Source: Escherichia coli
Lineage (GTDB): Bacteria; Pseudomonadota; Gammaproteobacteria; Enterobacterales; Enterobacteriaceae
Assembly: GCF_003018255.1 (NCBI RefSeq)
Contig: NZ_CP027440.1
DNA length: 64,000 nucleotides
Reading direction: 5' to 3' (one strand)
Under the pieces are notes generated by a model, which was not told where the DNA came from, did no database searches, and was given only the letters and a program-made list of their open reading frames with translations. Of this stretch, positions 12,204-23,941 are shown one piece after another; within the stretch, counting starts at the first letter, position 1, and every line of letters starts with the position of its first letter. The position numbers were made by a program, and so were the translations under genes.

Positions 12204-13031
12204 ATGGCTAATCCAACCGTTATTAAGCTACAGGATGGCAATGTCATGCCCCAGCTGGGACTGGGCGTCTGGCAAGCAAGTAATGAGGAAGTAATCACCG
12301 CCATTCAAAAAGCGTTAGAAGTGGGTTATCGCTCGATTGATACCGCCGCGGCCTACAAGAACGAAGAAGGTGTCGGCAAAGCCCTGAAAAATGCCTCAGT
12401 CAACAGAGAAGAGCTGTTCATCACCACTAAGCTGTGGAACGACGACCACAAGCGCCCCCGCGAAGCCCTGCTCGACAGCCTGAAAAAACTCCAGCTTGAT
12501 TATATCGACCTCTATTTAATGCACTGGCCCGTTCCCGCTATCGACCATTATGTCGAAGCATGGAAAGGCATGATCGAATTGCAAAAAGAGGGATTAATCA
12601 AAAGCATCGGCGTGTGCAACTTCCAGATCCATCACCTGCAACGCCTGATTGATGAAACTGGCGTGACGCCTGTTATTAATCAGATCGAACTTCACCCGCT
12701 GATGCAACAACGCCAGCTACATGCCTGGAACGCGACACACAAAATCCAGACCGAATCCTGGAGTCCATTAGCGCAAGGTGGGAAAGGTGTTTTCGATCAG
12801 AAAGTCATTCGCGATCTGGCAGATAAATACGGCAAAACACCTGCGCAGATTGTTATCCGCTGGCATCTGGATAGCGGCCTGGTGGTGATCCCAAAATCGG
12901 TCACACCTTCACGCATTGTCGAAAACTTTGATGTCTGGGATTTCCGTCTCGACAAAGACGAACTTGGCGAAATTGCAAAACTCGATCAGGGCAAGCGTCT
13001 CGGCCCCGATCCTGACCAGTTCGGCGGCTAA
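12204..13031 (+). CDS. dkgA: 2,5-diketo-D-gluconate reductase A / methylglyoxal reductase DkgA (275 aa)
   Basis: ORF track 275 aa; aldo-keto reductase; recognised sequence. Confidence 0.95.
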   Translation: MANPTVIKLQDGNVMPQLGLGVWQASNEEVITAIQKALEVGYRSIDTAAAYKNEEGVGKALKNASVNREELFITTKLWNDDHKRPREALLDSLKKLQLDYIDLYLMHWPVPAIDHYVEAWKGMIELQKEGLIKSIGVCNFQIHHLQRLIDETGVTPVINQIELHPLMQQRQLHAWNATHKIQTESWSPLAQGGKGVFDQKVIRDLADKYGKTPAQIVIRWHLDSGLVVIPKSVTPSRIVENFDVWDFRLDKDELGEIAKLDQGKRLGPDPDQFGG

Positions 13032-13230
13032 CGTGCAAATTCTCCCGGTGGCGGTAATGTTCCGCTACCGGACTTTTCAGAAATCATTTATTCCCCTCGC
13101 GTCCTGCCCATTGTTACTCTTCCTTGTTCAGGAATGCCAAATATAAGGACATCATCATGCAGAGCCGGAAGCTCTTAAAGGAACAACTCATCTACACCCG
13201 GGATAAACGCAACGGAGAGGTGAAAAACAG

Positions 13231-14157
13231 ATGAAAATAATACTTCTGTTTTTAGCAGCCCTGGCAAGTTTTACCGTACACGCGCAGCCTCCTTCACAGA
13301 CCGTAGAACAAACAGTCCGGCAGATTTATCAGAACTATAAATCAGATGCCAGTACGCCTTATTTTGGTGAAACCGGAGAGCGAGCGATAACTTCTGCGCG
13401 TATTCAACAGGCGCTTACCCTGAACGACAATCTTACGCTGCCGGGCAATATTGGCTGGCTGGATTATGATCCGGTTTGTGATTGTCAGGATTTTGGCGAT
13501 CTGGTGTTAGAAAGCGTAGCGATAACCCAACCTGACGCCGATCATGCCGATGCCGTTGTGCGCTTTCGTATCTTTAAAGACGATAAAGAAAAGACCACGC
13601 AGACACTGAAAATGGTGGCGGAAAATGGTCGTTGGGTCATTGACGATATTGTCAGCAATCATGGCAGCGTCTTACAAGCAGTTAATAGCGAGAATGAAAA
13701 AACGCTGGCCGCTATAGCTTCGTTGCAAAAAGAACAGCCGGAAGCCTTTGTTGCCGAACTCTTTGAACATATTGCTGATTATAGCTGGCCGTGGACGTGG
13801 GTGGTTTCCGACTCTTACCGCCAGGCGGTCAATGCCTTCTATAAAACCACCTTCAAGACTACCAACAATCCCGATGAAGATATGCGAATAGAACGGCAAT
13901 TTATTTACGACAATCCGATCTGTTTTGGCGAAGAGTCGCTATTTTCACGCGTTGATGAAATTCGAGTCCTGGAGAAAACCGCCGATTCCGCCCGCATTCA
14001 TGTTCGTTTTACGCTGACCAATGGCAACAATGAAGAGCAAGAACTGGTTTTACAGCGGCGCGAAGGTAAGTGGGAAATCGCTGATTTTATCCGCCCGAAT
14101 AGCGGTAGCCTACTTAAGCAGATTGAGGCAAAAACCGCCGCCAGATTAAAGCAATGA
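13231..14157 (+). CDS. yqhG: DUF3828 periplasmic protein YqhG (308 aa) with signal peptide
   Basis: ORF track 308 aa; N-terminal signal peptide MKIILLFLAALASFTVHA; recognised sequence. Confidence 0.85.
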   Translation: MKIILLFLAALASFTVHAQPPSQTVEQTVRQIYQNYKSDASTPYFGETGERAITSARIQQALTLNDNLTLPGNIGWLDYDPVCDCQDFGDLVLESVAITQPDADHADAVVRFRIFKDDKEKTTQTLKMVAENGRWVIDDIVSNHGSVLQAVNSENEKTLAAIASLQKEQPEAFVAELFEHIADYSWPWTWVVSDSYRQAVNAFYKTTFKTTNNPDEDMRIERQFIYDNPICFGEESLFSRVDEIRVLEKTADSARIHVRFTLTNGNNEEQELVLQRREGKWEIADFIRPNSGSLLKQIEAKTAARLKQ

Positions 14158-14207
14158 GCTGAGTTAAATAACAATTAGCCGGAACAATAAATAAAAGGGA
14201 ACACTAT

Positions 14208-14465
14208 ATGAAAACGATTTTCACCGTGGGAGCTGTTGTTCTGGCAACCTGCTTGCTCAGTGGCTGCGTCAATGAGCAAAAGGTCAATCAGCTGGCGAGC
14301 AATGTGCAAACATTAAATGCCAAAATCGCCCGGCTTGAGCAGGATATGAAAGCATTACGCCCACAAATCTATGCTGCCAAATCCGACGCTAACAGAGCCA
14401 ATACGCGTCTTGATGCTCAGGACTATTTTGATTGCCTGCGCTGCTTGCGTATGTACGCAGAATGA
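14208..14465 (+). CDS. yqhH: Small outer-membrane lipoprotein YqhH (85 aa, Lpp-like)
   Basis: ORF track 85 aa; lipobox LLSGC; coiled-coil Lpp-like sequence. Confidence 0.8.
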   Translation: MKTIFTVGAVVLATCLLSGCVNEQKVNQLASNVQTLNAKIARLEQDMKALRPQIYAAKSDANRANTRLDAQDYFDCLRCLRMYAE

Positions 14466-14475
14466 TAAAAAAATT

Positions 14476-14508
14476 CCCGGCAGCATTCTGTTACCGGGGA
14501 TATTTTTT
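14476..14508. terminator. Probable terminator between yqhH and ygiQ
   Basis: Seen in sequence: cccgg...ccggg hairpin followed by atattttttaa. Confidence 0.4.
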
Positions 14509-16726
14509 AACGTCCAACCGCCGCTTTAGGGCGTTTCTTCGCACCAGCATTCTGCAGGCGAGATTGCGTAGACGACGCTTTTTTTGCCGTAGCAGGCGTC
14601 TGACGCTGGGTCGCCATCGGCGTATGTTTAGTCAACGCCGGACGGGTATTGCGGTTCTGGCGACGAGCCTCACGCATCTCTTCAATGGTTGGCGCAGGCA
14701 CTAAGCAATCGCGACGGCTGCCAATCAGATGCTTTTTGCCCATCGCTTCCAGCGCCTGGCGGATTAACGGCCAGTTTGCCGGATCGTGGTAACGCAACAA
14801 CGCTTTATGCAGGCGACGCTGCTTGTCGCCCTTCGGTACAAAGACGTCTTCACTTTTATAACCAATCTTCGCCAGCGGGTTTTTGCCGGTGTAATACATA
14901 GTGGTCGAGTTAGCCAGCGGCGACGGGTAGAAGTTCTGTACCTGGTCGAGGCGGAAGCGGTGCTTTTTCAGCCACAGCGCCAGATTCACCATATCTTCAT
15001 CGCGCGTACCCGGGTGCGCGGAGATGAAATACGGGATCAGATACTGTTCTTTACCTGCCTGTTTCGAGTAAGTATCGAACAGCTCTTTAAAGCGGTCATA
15101 GCTGCCCATGCCCGGCTTCATCATCTTCGATAACGGCCCTTCTTCGGTATGTTCCGGGGCAATCTTCAGATAACCGCCAACGTGATGGGTCGCCAGCTCT
15201 TTGATATAGCGCGGATCTTCTACGGCGATGTCATAACGCACACCAGAGGCAATCAGGATCTTTTTAATGCCTTTCAGATCGCGCGCACGGCGATAGAGGT
15301 TAATCGTCGGTTCGTGGTTAGTGTCCATATGCGGACAAATATCCGGATAAACGCACGACAAACGACGGCAGGTTTGCTCAGCGCGTGGCGATTTGCAACG
15401 CAACATATACATGTTGGCAGTAGGCCCACCGAGATCGGAAATCACACCCGTAAAACCTGGAACAGTGTCGCGGATCGCTTCGATCTCATTAATAATCGAA
15501 TCTTCGGAACGGCTCTGAATAATGCGCCCTTCGTGCTCGGTAATAGAACAGAAAGAGCAGCCGCCAAAGCAGCCACGCATAATGTTGACCGAGAAACGAA
15601 TCATTTCGTAAGCCGGAATTCGGGCATTACCGTAAGCCGGATGCGGCACGCGCTTGTACGGCAGCGCAAAGACGCTATCCATCTCTTCGGTAGAAAGCGG
15701 AATAGCAGGCGGGTTGATCCATACATAGCGGTCGCCATGTTTTTGCATCAATGCGCGGGCGCAGCCTGGGTTAGTTTCGTGGTGAAGAATGCGCGAAGCA
15801 TGGGCGTACAGCACTTTATCGCCCTTCACTTTCTCGAAAGAAGGCAGCAACACGTAGGTTTTTTCCCACGGTTTCGGGCGCGGCGGCTGCACGGTTACGG
15901 CTTTCGCTTCCTGCTTTTTCGGCGCAACAGGTTTGTTATCCGCGCACGGCAGATCTTCGCCATACGGATGCGGGATCGGGTCGATTTTCCCAGGAGTATC
16001 AAGACGGGTGGAATCCACGCCGCTCCAGCCTGGCAACGCCTCTTTTACGATAATCGCGGTATTACGCACATCGCGGATTTCACTAATCGGCTCGCCCATC
16101 GCCAGACGATGCGCCACTTCCACCAGCGGACGCTCACCGTTACCGAACATCAGCATGTCGGCTTTCGAATCCACCAGCACGGAACGGCGCACGGTATCGG
16201 ACCAGTAATCATAATGCGCGGTACGGCGCAGACTTGCCTCAATACCGCCGAGGATCACCGGTACATCTTTCCACGCCTCTTTACAACGCTGGGTATAAAC
16301 CAGTGTGGCGCGATCCGGTCGCTTACCCGCGACGTTATCCGGCGTGTAGGCATCGTCATGACGTAAACGGCGATCGGCGGTATAGCGGTTGATCATCGAG
16401 TCCATGTTGCCAGCAGTAACACCGAAAAACAGATTCGGTTTACCCAGACGCATAAAGTCGTCTTTGCTGCTCCAGTCCGGTTGGGCAATGATCCCGACAC
16501 GAAAGCCCTGCGCTTCCAGCATACGACCGCAAATCGCCATCCCGAAGCTTGGGTGATCGACATACGCGTCGCCAGTAACCAAAATGATGTCGCAGCTATC
16601 CCAGCCAAGTTGATCCATCTCTTCACGAGACATCGGCAAAAACGGTGCCGGTCCAAAACAGGCGGCCCAGTACTGCGGCCAGGAGAACAGGTCGCGATCC
16701 GGTTGGATCAGGGAGATAGAGCTCAT
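14507..16726 (-). CDS. ygiQ: Radical SAM family protein YgiQ (739 aa)
   Basis: ORF track 739 aa; CxxxCxxC radical SAM cysteine motif (CFGGCSFC); recognised sequence. Confidence 0.92.
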   Translation of the reverse strand: MSSISLIQPDRDLFSWPQYWAACFGPAPFLPMSREEMDQLGWDSCDIILVTGDAYVDHPSFGMAICGRMLEAQGFRVGIIAQPDWSSKDDFMRLGKPNLFFGVTAGNMDSMINRYTADRRLRHDDAYTPDNVAGKRPDRATLVYTQRCKEAWKDVPVILGGIEASLRRTAHYDYWSDTVRRSVLVDSKADMLMFGNGERPLVEVAHRLAMGEPISEIRDVRNTAIIVKEALPGWSGVDSTRLDTPGKIDPIPHPYGEDLPCADNKPVAPKKQEAKAVTVQPPRPKPWEKTYVLLPSFEKVKGDKVLYAHASRILHHETNPGCARALMQKHGDRYVWINPPAIPLSTEEMDSVFALPYKRVPHPAYGNARIPAYEMIRFSVNIMRGCFGGCSFCSITEHEGRIIQSRSEDSIINEIEAIRDTVPGFTGVISDLGGPTANMYMLRCKSPRAEQTCRRLSCVYPDICPHMDTNHEPTINLYRRARDLKGIKKILIASGVRYDIAVEDPRYIKELATHHVGGYLKIAPEHTEEGPLSKMMKPGMGSYDRFKELFDTYSKQAGKEQYLIPYFISAHPGTRDEDMVNLALWLKKHRFRLDQVQNFYPSPLANSTTMYYTGKNPLAKIGYKSEDVFVPKGDKQRRLHKALLRYHDPANWPLIRQALEAMGKKHLIGSRRDCLVPAPTIEEMREARRQNRNTRPALTKHTPMATQRQTPATAKKASSTQSRLQNAGAKKRPKAAVGR

Positions 16727-16836
16727 TTTGCTTCCAGAAATGATAAAAAAATAATCAAAGGCCGGGGATTATAAGCCGGAACGAAAGAGAAATCGAAAGG
16801 TATTCCATACTCGCCCTCCTCGGGCGAGTATGAAGA

Positions 16837-18249
16837 TTACGGTACCGGATTGACCAACAGTTGCCCTATCGAGCCACGGTCCGCCATTTCCAGCGTCTGA
16901 CTGTTGAAGTAGAACGGGAAGTGCGCCCAGGAAGGCTGACCGAAATAAACCAGCAGCTCCACTTGTCCGTCAACCCAAACGGTATCTTTCCAGCCTCTGT
17001 CTTCCGGGAACGGCATCGCGCCATTCACGTTACGGATCTGGAACATCACGCCTTCAATATGGAACGCTTGCGGCTCGTCCGCGCGTACCGTCCAGCGTTC
17101 CCACGTTCCTTGCTGCGCGGTGACATCAATACGGTTGACGTCCCACAGTTGTCCATTAATACCCGGGTCATCACCCAGACTGATATCGCGACTGCGAATC
17201 GGCGAACCGGCCATGATTTCAGTTGGCAGCAGGCGCATCGGAAGACTGTCTGTGACCAGCGGCAGAAGGCCGGTTGGGCGCAGCGTTAGCACCAGGGTAG
17301 AAACCAGAATGCTGGATGGCTCAAAGAAGCCGCGAATACGATCAACAATGCTCGCCGCTTCACCACAGGTGATCGACACTTCATCACCGTTGCTCATATC
17401 CACCAGAATCTCGCGGCGCTCGCCCGGTGCCAGCGAAAGTTGCTTCACCGATACAGGAGCGGGCAGGAATCCCTGATCGCCAGAAATCACATGTAACGGG
17501 CGACCATCGCTCATCTGTAGTTGATAGCGACGAGAGTTCGACGCGTTCAACAGACGCAAGCGCACCCAGCCACGCGAGACTTCAACGTACGGGCTTTGTA
17601 CACCGTTAACCAGCAGCGTATCACCAACAAAGCCGCCGCTTCCCGGTTCGTTATATTCCGGCGTACCAAAGTTATCCAGCCGTTTATCCTGAATAATGAC
17701 CGGAAAATCATCCACACCATAATGGTTGGGGATAGGCAGCGATTTGCTGACTTCATCTTCCACCAGCCACATTCCGGCAAGGCCGTTATAGACCTGCTGA
17801 GCCGTGCGGTTGGGAGTATTGGCGTGATACCACAGAGTAGCTGCGTTCTGGCGAATGGGCAGTACGGGTGCCCAGTCAGCGTTTGGCGACATCATCCGTG
17901 CCGGACCGCCCATCAGCGGGCCAGGTACCTGTAGCCCGGCCACCGTCATTGAGACATTTTCTGTCAGGCGATTGCTGTAAATAAGCTTAACATCGTCGCC
18001 CTTCCAGACGCGGATAGTCGGCCCCAGGTAACGACCATTGATTCCCCAAACCGATGCGCGTGTCCCTGGCGTAAATGACCAGTGCGCACGTTGTACAGTC
18101 ATAAACAGCGGTTGCCCACGGCGAGATTCAAGCAGCGGCGGAACGGGTAGCGGTTGCTGTTGCCCGGCTGCGCTGGCCTTCAGGGGAACAGCGCCTGCAC
18201 AAAGTGCAATCCCCGATGCCTGAATGAACTGACGCCGACTGAGTGACAT
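16837..18249 (-). CDS. ftsP: Cell division protein FtsP/SufI (470 aa), Tat-exported multicopper-oxidase-like
   Basis: ORF track 470 aa; SRRQFIQASG twin-arginine signal; recognised sequence. Confidence 0.95.
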   Translation of the reverse strand: MSLSRRQFIQASGIALCAGAVPLKASAAGQQQPLPVPPLLESRRGQPLFMTVQRAHWSFTPGTRASVWGINGRYLGPTIRVWKGDDVKLIYSNRLTENVSMTVAGLQVPGPLMGGPARMMSPNADWAPVLPIRQNAATLWYHANTPNRTAQQVYNGLAGMWLVEDEVSKSLPIPNHYGVDDFPVIIQDKRLDNFGTPEYNEPGSGGFVGDTLLVNGVQSPYVEVSRGWVRLRLLNASNSRRYQLQMSDGRPLHVISGDQGFLPAPVSVKQLSLAPGERREILVDMSNGDEVSITCGEAASIVDRIRGFFEPSSILVSTLVLTLRPTGLLPLVTDSLPMRLLPTEIMAGSPIRSRDISLGDDPGINGQLWDVNRIDVTAQQGTWERWTVRADEPQAFHIEGVMFQIRNVNGAMPFPEDRGWKDTVWVDGQVELLVYFGQPSWAHFPFYFNSQTLEMADRGSIGQLLVNPVP

Positions 18250-18323
18250 ATTTGCTCCATGTAAAACTGGCTAAAGTAATACCGTGCAGGAAAGTGTTCC
18301 CCGCAAAAATACAGATTGCCGAC

Positions 18324-19061
18324 TTAAACTTTTCCGGCGGCTTCGCGCTCTGCGACTTCTTTATCGAGCTCAGCGATTTTTTGTTCCATTATCGAACGAC
18401 AATGGGCAGCCAACTCGCGAACCTGATCTTTGCCATACTGACTGACGTCAATTGGCGGCAGCATTTCGACAATCACCAGACCGTTGTGTAGCCGATTAAG
18501 ATTAATCTTATTCGAAGTTGTAGAGACGCACACGGGAATAATCGGGACGCCCGCCGCAATTGCCGCGTGAAATGCCCCGGTCTTGAACGGCAGCAGGCCG
18601 CGACCACGGCTGCGGGTTCCTTCCGGGAACATCCAGATGGAAATACGGCGTTTTTTGAAGTGATTCACGACTTCCGCAATAGTGCCGTGAGCTTTAGTGC
18701 GATTGTTTCTGTCGATCAATAAGTTGCCGGTTAACCAGTACAACTGCCCGAAGAAGGGGATCCACAGCAAGCTCTTTTTCCCTACCGTCACTGTCGGCGG
18801 CTGCACAATGTTCGATGCCGTCACCATGTCATAATTGTTCTGGTGGTTAGCAATATAGATAGCATTTCCGTAGCTTTCAGCATCCGCAGGTTTGCGGCAC
18901 TCAACTTTCAGGCCGAACAGCGGTGCAAGACGGCCAAACATATGCCCAAAGGTGGCCACATGTTTCGGGTTACGCGGGCTGAAAAGGCAGTAAATGGAGC
19001 CGAATACACAGACTAAGATGCTGTAAATCACGGTAATAATAAGACGAAAGATATATAGCAT
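18324..19061 (-). CDS. plsC: 1-acyl-sn-glycerol-3-phosphate acyltransferase PlsC (245 aa)
   Basis: ORF track 245 aa; acyltransferase HxxxxD-type motif (NHQNNYD); recognised sequence. Confidence 0.95.
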   Translation of the reverse strand: MLYIFRLIITVIYSILVCVFGSIYCLFSPRNPKHVATFGHMFGRLAPLFGLKVECRKPADAESYGNAIYIANHQNNYDMVTASNIVQPPTVTVGKKSLLWIPFFGQLYWLTGNLLIDRNNRTKAHGTIAEVVNHFKKRRISIWMFPEGTRSRGRGLLPFKTGAFHAAIAAGVPIIPVCVSTTSNKINLNRLHNGLVIVEMLPPIDVSQYGKDQVRELAAHCRSIMEQKIAELDKEVAEREAAGKV

Positions 19062-19294
19062 AACACCCTCTGAAGGTCTGAGAGACTGGCATTGTACGTC
19101 ACCTGAAATCAGGTTAGGGCATTGTTAAAAGCCGCTCTCTGGAAAAGCGTATTGTTAATCGCAACGCATGAATAAACAACGGTTTCAAGGGAATTTTTAT
19201 CGTTTCCGGGGGTTGAATACGCTGCCGGATGACGACTTAACGTTTCATCCGGCGTTCCTTGCAAGCGGGAGGAAACAGCGCCCTCCCCGGCATA

Positions 19295-21553
19295 TTACTC
19301 TTCGCTATCACCGCTGCTGGCACGGCGAGGAGAGTCGATCTCAACACGATCGATACGCTGCAAACCGCGCATCAACGTACCGCGGCGTCCACGTTCGCCA
19401 GCGACTTTCTGTAGCTCTTCCGGACGCAGTTTAATTTTGCGTTTCCCAACATGAATGGTCAGCGTGCTTTGCGGCGGCAGAACGTACAGTTGCGCAAGAC
19501 CATCCTCGCCACGCGCGGCTTCTGCCGATGGAATGTTGATAATCTTGTTGCCTTTGCCCTTCGACAGCTGCGGCAGATCGCTTACCGGGAACATCAACAT
19601 ACGGCCTGCCTGAGTGATTGCCAGCAGCATATCGGAAGCATCTTCAATCACCACCGGCGGCATAACATGGGCATTTTCCGGTAAGGTGATCAAAGCCTTA
19701 CCTGCACGGTTACGCGCCACCAGATCGTTAAAGGTGCAGACGAAACCGTAACCCGCATCGGAAGCCATCAGCAGTTTCTGATCGTCGCTTTCCATCAGCA
19801 TATGGTCAACGGTCGCTCCAGGCGGCAACGTTAATTTGCCGGTGAGCGGCTCACCCTGACCACGCGCCGACGGCAGCGTAATCGGGTCGATGGCATAGCT
19901 ACGACCGGTGGAATCAACAAACACTACCGGTTGGTTGCTCTTACCTTTCACCGCCGCTTTGAAGCTATCGCCCGCTTTATAATTCAGGCCCGGCGCGTCA
20001 ATATCATGGCCTTTAGCGCTGCGCACCCAGCCCATCTGCGACAGCACAATGGTGACAGGTTCAGACGGCAGCATGTCGTGCTCGCTCATTGCTTTCGCTT
20101 CTTCGCGTTCCTGCAACGGCGAACGACGTTCGTCACCGTAGGCTTGCGCGTCTGCCTGCAGTTCTTTCTTCAGCAGGTTATTCATTTTACGCTCGGAAGC
20201 CAAAATGCCCTGCAACTGGTCGCGCTCTTTTTCCAGCTCACTCTGCTCACCGCGAATCTTCATCTCTTCCAGTTTGGCAAGATGACGCAGTTTCAGTTCG
20301 AGGATCGCTTCCGCCTGGGTTTCAGTAAGGCCAAACCGCGACATCAGCGCCGGTTTCGGTTCATCTTCATTACGAATGATCTCAATCACTTCGTCGATAT
20401 TGAGAAACGCCACCAGCAAACCTTCGAGGATATGCAGGCGCTTGAGGACTTTCTCCAGACGATAGTTCAGTCGGCGGCGCACGGTATCGCGGCGGAACAC
20501 CAGCCATTCGGAGAGGATTTCCAGCAGGTTTTTCACCGCCGGACGACCATCCAGACCGATCATATTGAGGTTAATGCGATAGCTCTTTTCCAGATCGGTG
20601 GTAGCAAAGAGGTGGTTCATCACCTGATCCATATCCACGCGGTTGGAACGCGGCACAATCACCAGACGGGTCGGGTTCTCGTGGTCAGATTCATCGCGCA
20701 GATCGTCAACCATCGGCAGCTTTTTGTTGCGCATTTGCGCAGCAATTTGCTCCAGTACGCGCGCACCTGAAACCTGATGCGGCAATGCGCTGATAACCAC
20801 CGCGCCATCTTCTTTCTTCCAAACCGCGCGCATACGCACTGAACCACGTCCGTTCTCGTAGATTTTACGAATCTCGGCGCGCGAAGTGATAATTTCCGCT
20901 TCAGTCGGATAATCCGGCCCCTGCACGATATCCAGCAGCTGATCGAGCGTGGTTTTCGGCTGGTCGATTAATGCGATTGCCGCCTGAGCCACTTCACGCA
21001 GGTTATGCGGTGGAATATCGGTCGCCATGCCGACGGCAATACCGGTGGTGCCGTTAAGCAAAATGTTTGGCAGACGGGCAGGCAGCATTTTCGGCTCCTG
21101 CAAAGTGCCGTCGAAGTTTGGCACCCAGTCAGCCGTCCCCTGCCCCAGCTCGCTCAATAGCAGCTCGGAATATTTCGACAACCGGGATTCGGTGTAACGC
21201 ATTGCCGCGAACGATTTCGGATCGTCCGGCGCGCCCCAGTTCCCCTGACCATCAACCAGCGGATAACGGTAAGAGAACGGCTGCGCCATCAGGACCATCG
21301 CTTCATAACAGGCACTATCGCCGTGCGGATGGTATTTACCCAGTACGTCACCGACGGTACGGGCCGATTTTTTAAATTTGGCGCTGGCATTCAGGCCCAG
21401 CTCAGACATCGCATACACAATGCGGCGCTGAACAGGTTTCAGACCATCACCAATAAACGGCAACGCACGGTCCATGATCACGTACATGGAGTAGTTTAAG
21501 TAGGCGTTTTCCGTAAATTCATGTAGCGCAAGGCGCTCTGCCATATCGCTCAT
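19295..21553 (-). CDS. parC: DNA topoisomerase IV subunit A ParC (752 aa)
   Basis: ORF track 752 aa; GyrA/ParC family; recognised sequence. Confidence 0.97.
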
Positions 21554-21690
21554 TAATTCTGATTCCTCAACTTATTCGCCAGCCTTCAAAGGGGCAATAT
21601 TGCCGGAGATACTACATTATCTGCCGCGTCGAGTCACAGGAGATCAGCGTGAATAGCGCCGCCGGACGTGCTCCGGCGGCGATAAAGGCA

Positions 21691-23298
21691 TCAATGTGCC
21701 TTGATATACAACTCTTTGCTGTAGACATAATCCTGGGGATTATGCAGCGGAAAACCGCCAACGTAGGGTTTAAGCAGTTTGATTAACGGCTGATAGTAGA
21801 TGGGAATCAGCGGTGCCTGCTGGTTGATGATCACTTCTGCCTGCTGATACAACGCATTACGCTTTGTCGCATCAGTGATCTGCGTGGCCTGGTTTAGTAA
21901 GGCGTCATACTGCGCATTTTTCCAGTGACCGACGTTTTCTTCACTATCGCTTTTGAGCGTGTTCAGGAAGCTGGAGGCATCATTGTACGTCGCATCCCAC
22001 GACTGCCGAGACAGCATAAAATCACCGGCTCGTCGGGCATCAAGATAGGTTTTCCACTCCATTGTGCGCAGCGTCACCTGTGCACCCAGCCATTTTTTCC
22101 ATTCGGAAGACAACGCTATCGCGGTCTTTTCATGCAGATCGTACTTGTTGTAGAACAGCTCAAAGCGTAGCGGATGAGAGGCGTCGTATCCCGCCTGTTT
22201 CAGCAAGGCTTTTGCCATCGCGACACGCTCACTCATTGGCTTTTGCAGTTCATCGAACGTCGTCGCGCTAAAGCCTTTTACCTCTGGCGGCGTCAGCGTG
22301 GTTGCGGGCGTTCTCAACCCCAGTACCTTTTGCGCAATAAGCTGTCGATCAACCGTAAGATATAGCGCCCGACGCACCCGCACATCGTTAAATGGCGGTT
22401 TCTCAAGGTTAAAGTTGTAATATTCGCTGTTCAGACGCGGGATAATTCGTAGCTCGCCAGGCAGTGATTTTTCAATGGCGGGAATTTGCTGCGCCGGAAC
22501 CCAGGTGAGATCGACCTCTCCCGCGCGATAGCGGTTATAGCCGGTGACCGAATTATCCAGCGCCAGATACTCAACCTGTTGCAATACCGTATGTTGCGCA
22601 TCGCGGTACTTTGGATTTTTGCGTGCGGTAATCTTTTCGTTAACTACCCATTTATCAAGCACAAAGGCACCGTTGTAAACCATGTTCTCTGGCTTACTCC
22701 AGCTATCGCCATGTTTAGCGATGACATGATGAGGAACCGGGAACAACGTCGGCCAGGCGAGCATCGTCGTAAACCAAGGAACTGGCTGCTCAAGCGTAAC
22801 TTCAAGAGTACGATCATCCGTCGCTTTGATCCCCAGCGATGTAACATCTGCTTTACCCGCAACAATAGCCGCGGCATTGTTAATGTGCGCCTGTGCCAGA
22901 TAGCCAGCAAAAGGGCTTGCCGTTTTCGGGTCAACCGCACGTTGCCAGCCGAGGACAAAATCCTCTGCCGTCAGAGGCTGACCGTCTGACCACTGCAAAC
23001 CGCTACGCAGATGGAAAATATAGCGCTTGCCGCCGTCAAGTATCTCCCAGCGTTCAGCCTGAGCGGGCTGCACCTGGCCTTCACCGTCCATCCATACCAG
23101 ACCTTCAAACAGATCCAGCACAATCTGCGCGGCAGTATTCTCCTCTACCTTTTGCGGGTCGAGCGTGCCTGGGTCGCTATGATTGTTGTAACGAAAGACT
23201 TGTTGCGGGGCGAGCGGTGTGTTGGCGGGAACGTCAGCAGCGTAGAGAGGAGCCGCACTTACCAGGCTGACCAGCCATAATAAATTTCGCGTATACAT
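21691..23298 (-). CDS. ygiS: Periplasmic oligopeptide-binding-like protein YgiS (535 aa)
   Basis: Track ORF 556 aa; start set at MYTRNLLWLVSLVSAAPLYA (signal peptide) matching known YgiS; ABC substrate-binding family 5. Confidence 0.9.
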   Translation of the reverse strand: MYTRNLLWLVSLVSAAPLYAADVPANTPLAPQQVFRYNNHSDPGTLDPQKVEENTAAQIVLDLFEGLVWMDGEGQVQPAQAERWEILDGGKRYIFHLRSGLQWSDGQPLTAEDFVLGWQRAVDPKTASPFAGYLAQAHINNAAAIVAGKADVTSLGIKATDDRTLEVTLEQPVPWFTTMLAWPTLFPVPHHVIAKHGDSWSKPENMVYNGAFVLDKWVVNEKITARKNPKYRDAQHTVLQQVEYLALDNSVTGYNRYRAGEVDLTWVPAQQIPAIEKSLPGELRIIPRLNSEYYNFNLEKPPFNDVRVRRALYLTVDRQLIAQKVLGLRTPATTLTPPEVKGFSATTFDELQKPMSERVAMAKALLKQAGYDASHPLRFELFYNKYDLHEKTAIALSSEWKKWLGAQVTLRTMEWKTYLDARRAGDFMLSRQSWDATYNDASSFLNTLKSDSEENVGHWKNAQYDALLNQATQITDATKRNALYQQAEVIINQQAPLIPIYYQPLIKLLKPYVGGFPLHNPQDYVYSKELYIKAH

Positions 23299-23406
23299 GG
23301 TATTCCTTACCGGAGAAATTATAAGCCCGACAACAATACGCCTGTGGCATTGTTTGCTCAAACTTATCGCGAGTGATTTGGCTCACACTCCGGTAAAGAT
23401 TCCCCA

Positions 23407-23889
23407 TCACGCCAACGGCACATAAATATCCGTTTCCAGTCGCCGCTCTGTCATCCCTTCGGCAAGATTGGTGTAGTGAAACAGGATCGGGGCTTTGCGC
23501 ATTTTTTCGCCGCTTGCAGGTAGCCAGTGGCGAATGATGCCCCATATCGTGTGTGAAATATCGTCCAGCTCGCCAACATGGCGGGCAACAGCATAACGCC
23601 CACCGGTAAGTTCGCCATTACTCACGCCATAACGATTATCGGGGATCGGTTCGCTAACGCTGCCGCAGATATCAAAGCGAAACGCTTCTGGTGCGGTGGT
23701 GGCTGGGTCGTCCCAGGCGACGCCAAAAGTCTGGCTTTGGTTAACAGGAGAAAGCCCCGTCTCTTTACGCCACATGATAAATTTCGCCACGCTGTAGTTG
23801 AGCAACTCAGGGCTACAGCGGTGCGGCAACATCGCCACAGGGATTGATGGGAAATCGATAATATTTACATCCAGTGTCAGGTTTGTCAT
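23407..23889 (-). CDS. ygiV: GyrI-like domain transcriptional-regulator-related protein YgiV (160 aa)
   Basis: ORF track 160 aa; recognised sequence. Confidence 0.88.
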   Translation of the reverse strand: MTNLTLDVNIIDFPSIPVAMLPHRCSPELLNYSVAKFIMWRKETGLSPVNQSQTFGVAWDDPATTAPEAFRFDICGSVSEPIPDNRYGVSNGELTGGRYAVARHVGELDDISHTIWGIIRHWLPASGEKMRKAPILFHYTNLAEGMTERRLETDIYVPLA

Positions 23890-23941
23890 TTTGCCTCCCT
23901 GCGAAATTATTCCCGGGAACGCGTCCCGGGAGCGGTAACAA

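Noticed and set aside
14208-14465. yqhH as a duplicated lpp gene or novel lipoprotein
   Set aside because: It is the known conserved Lpp-like yqhH of the backbone, not an accessory feature.
15149-16366. 405-aa ORF on the + strand
   Set aside because: Lies entirely inside ygiQ on the opposite strand; Arg/His-rich antisense translation with no domain features.
19931-20770. 279-aa ORF on the + strand
   Set aside because: Antisense within parC; no recognisable features.
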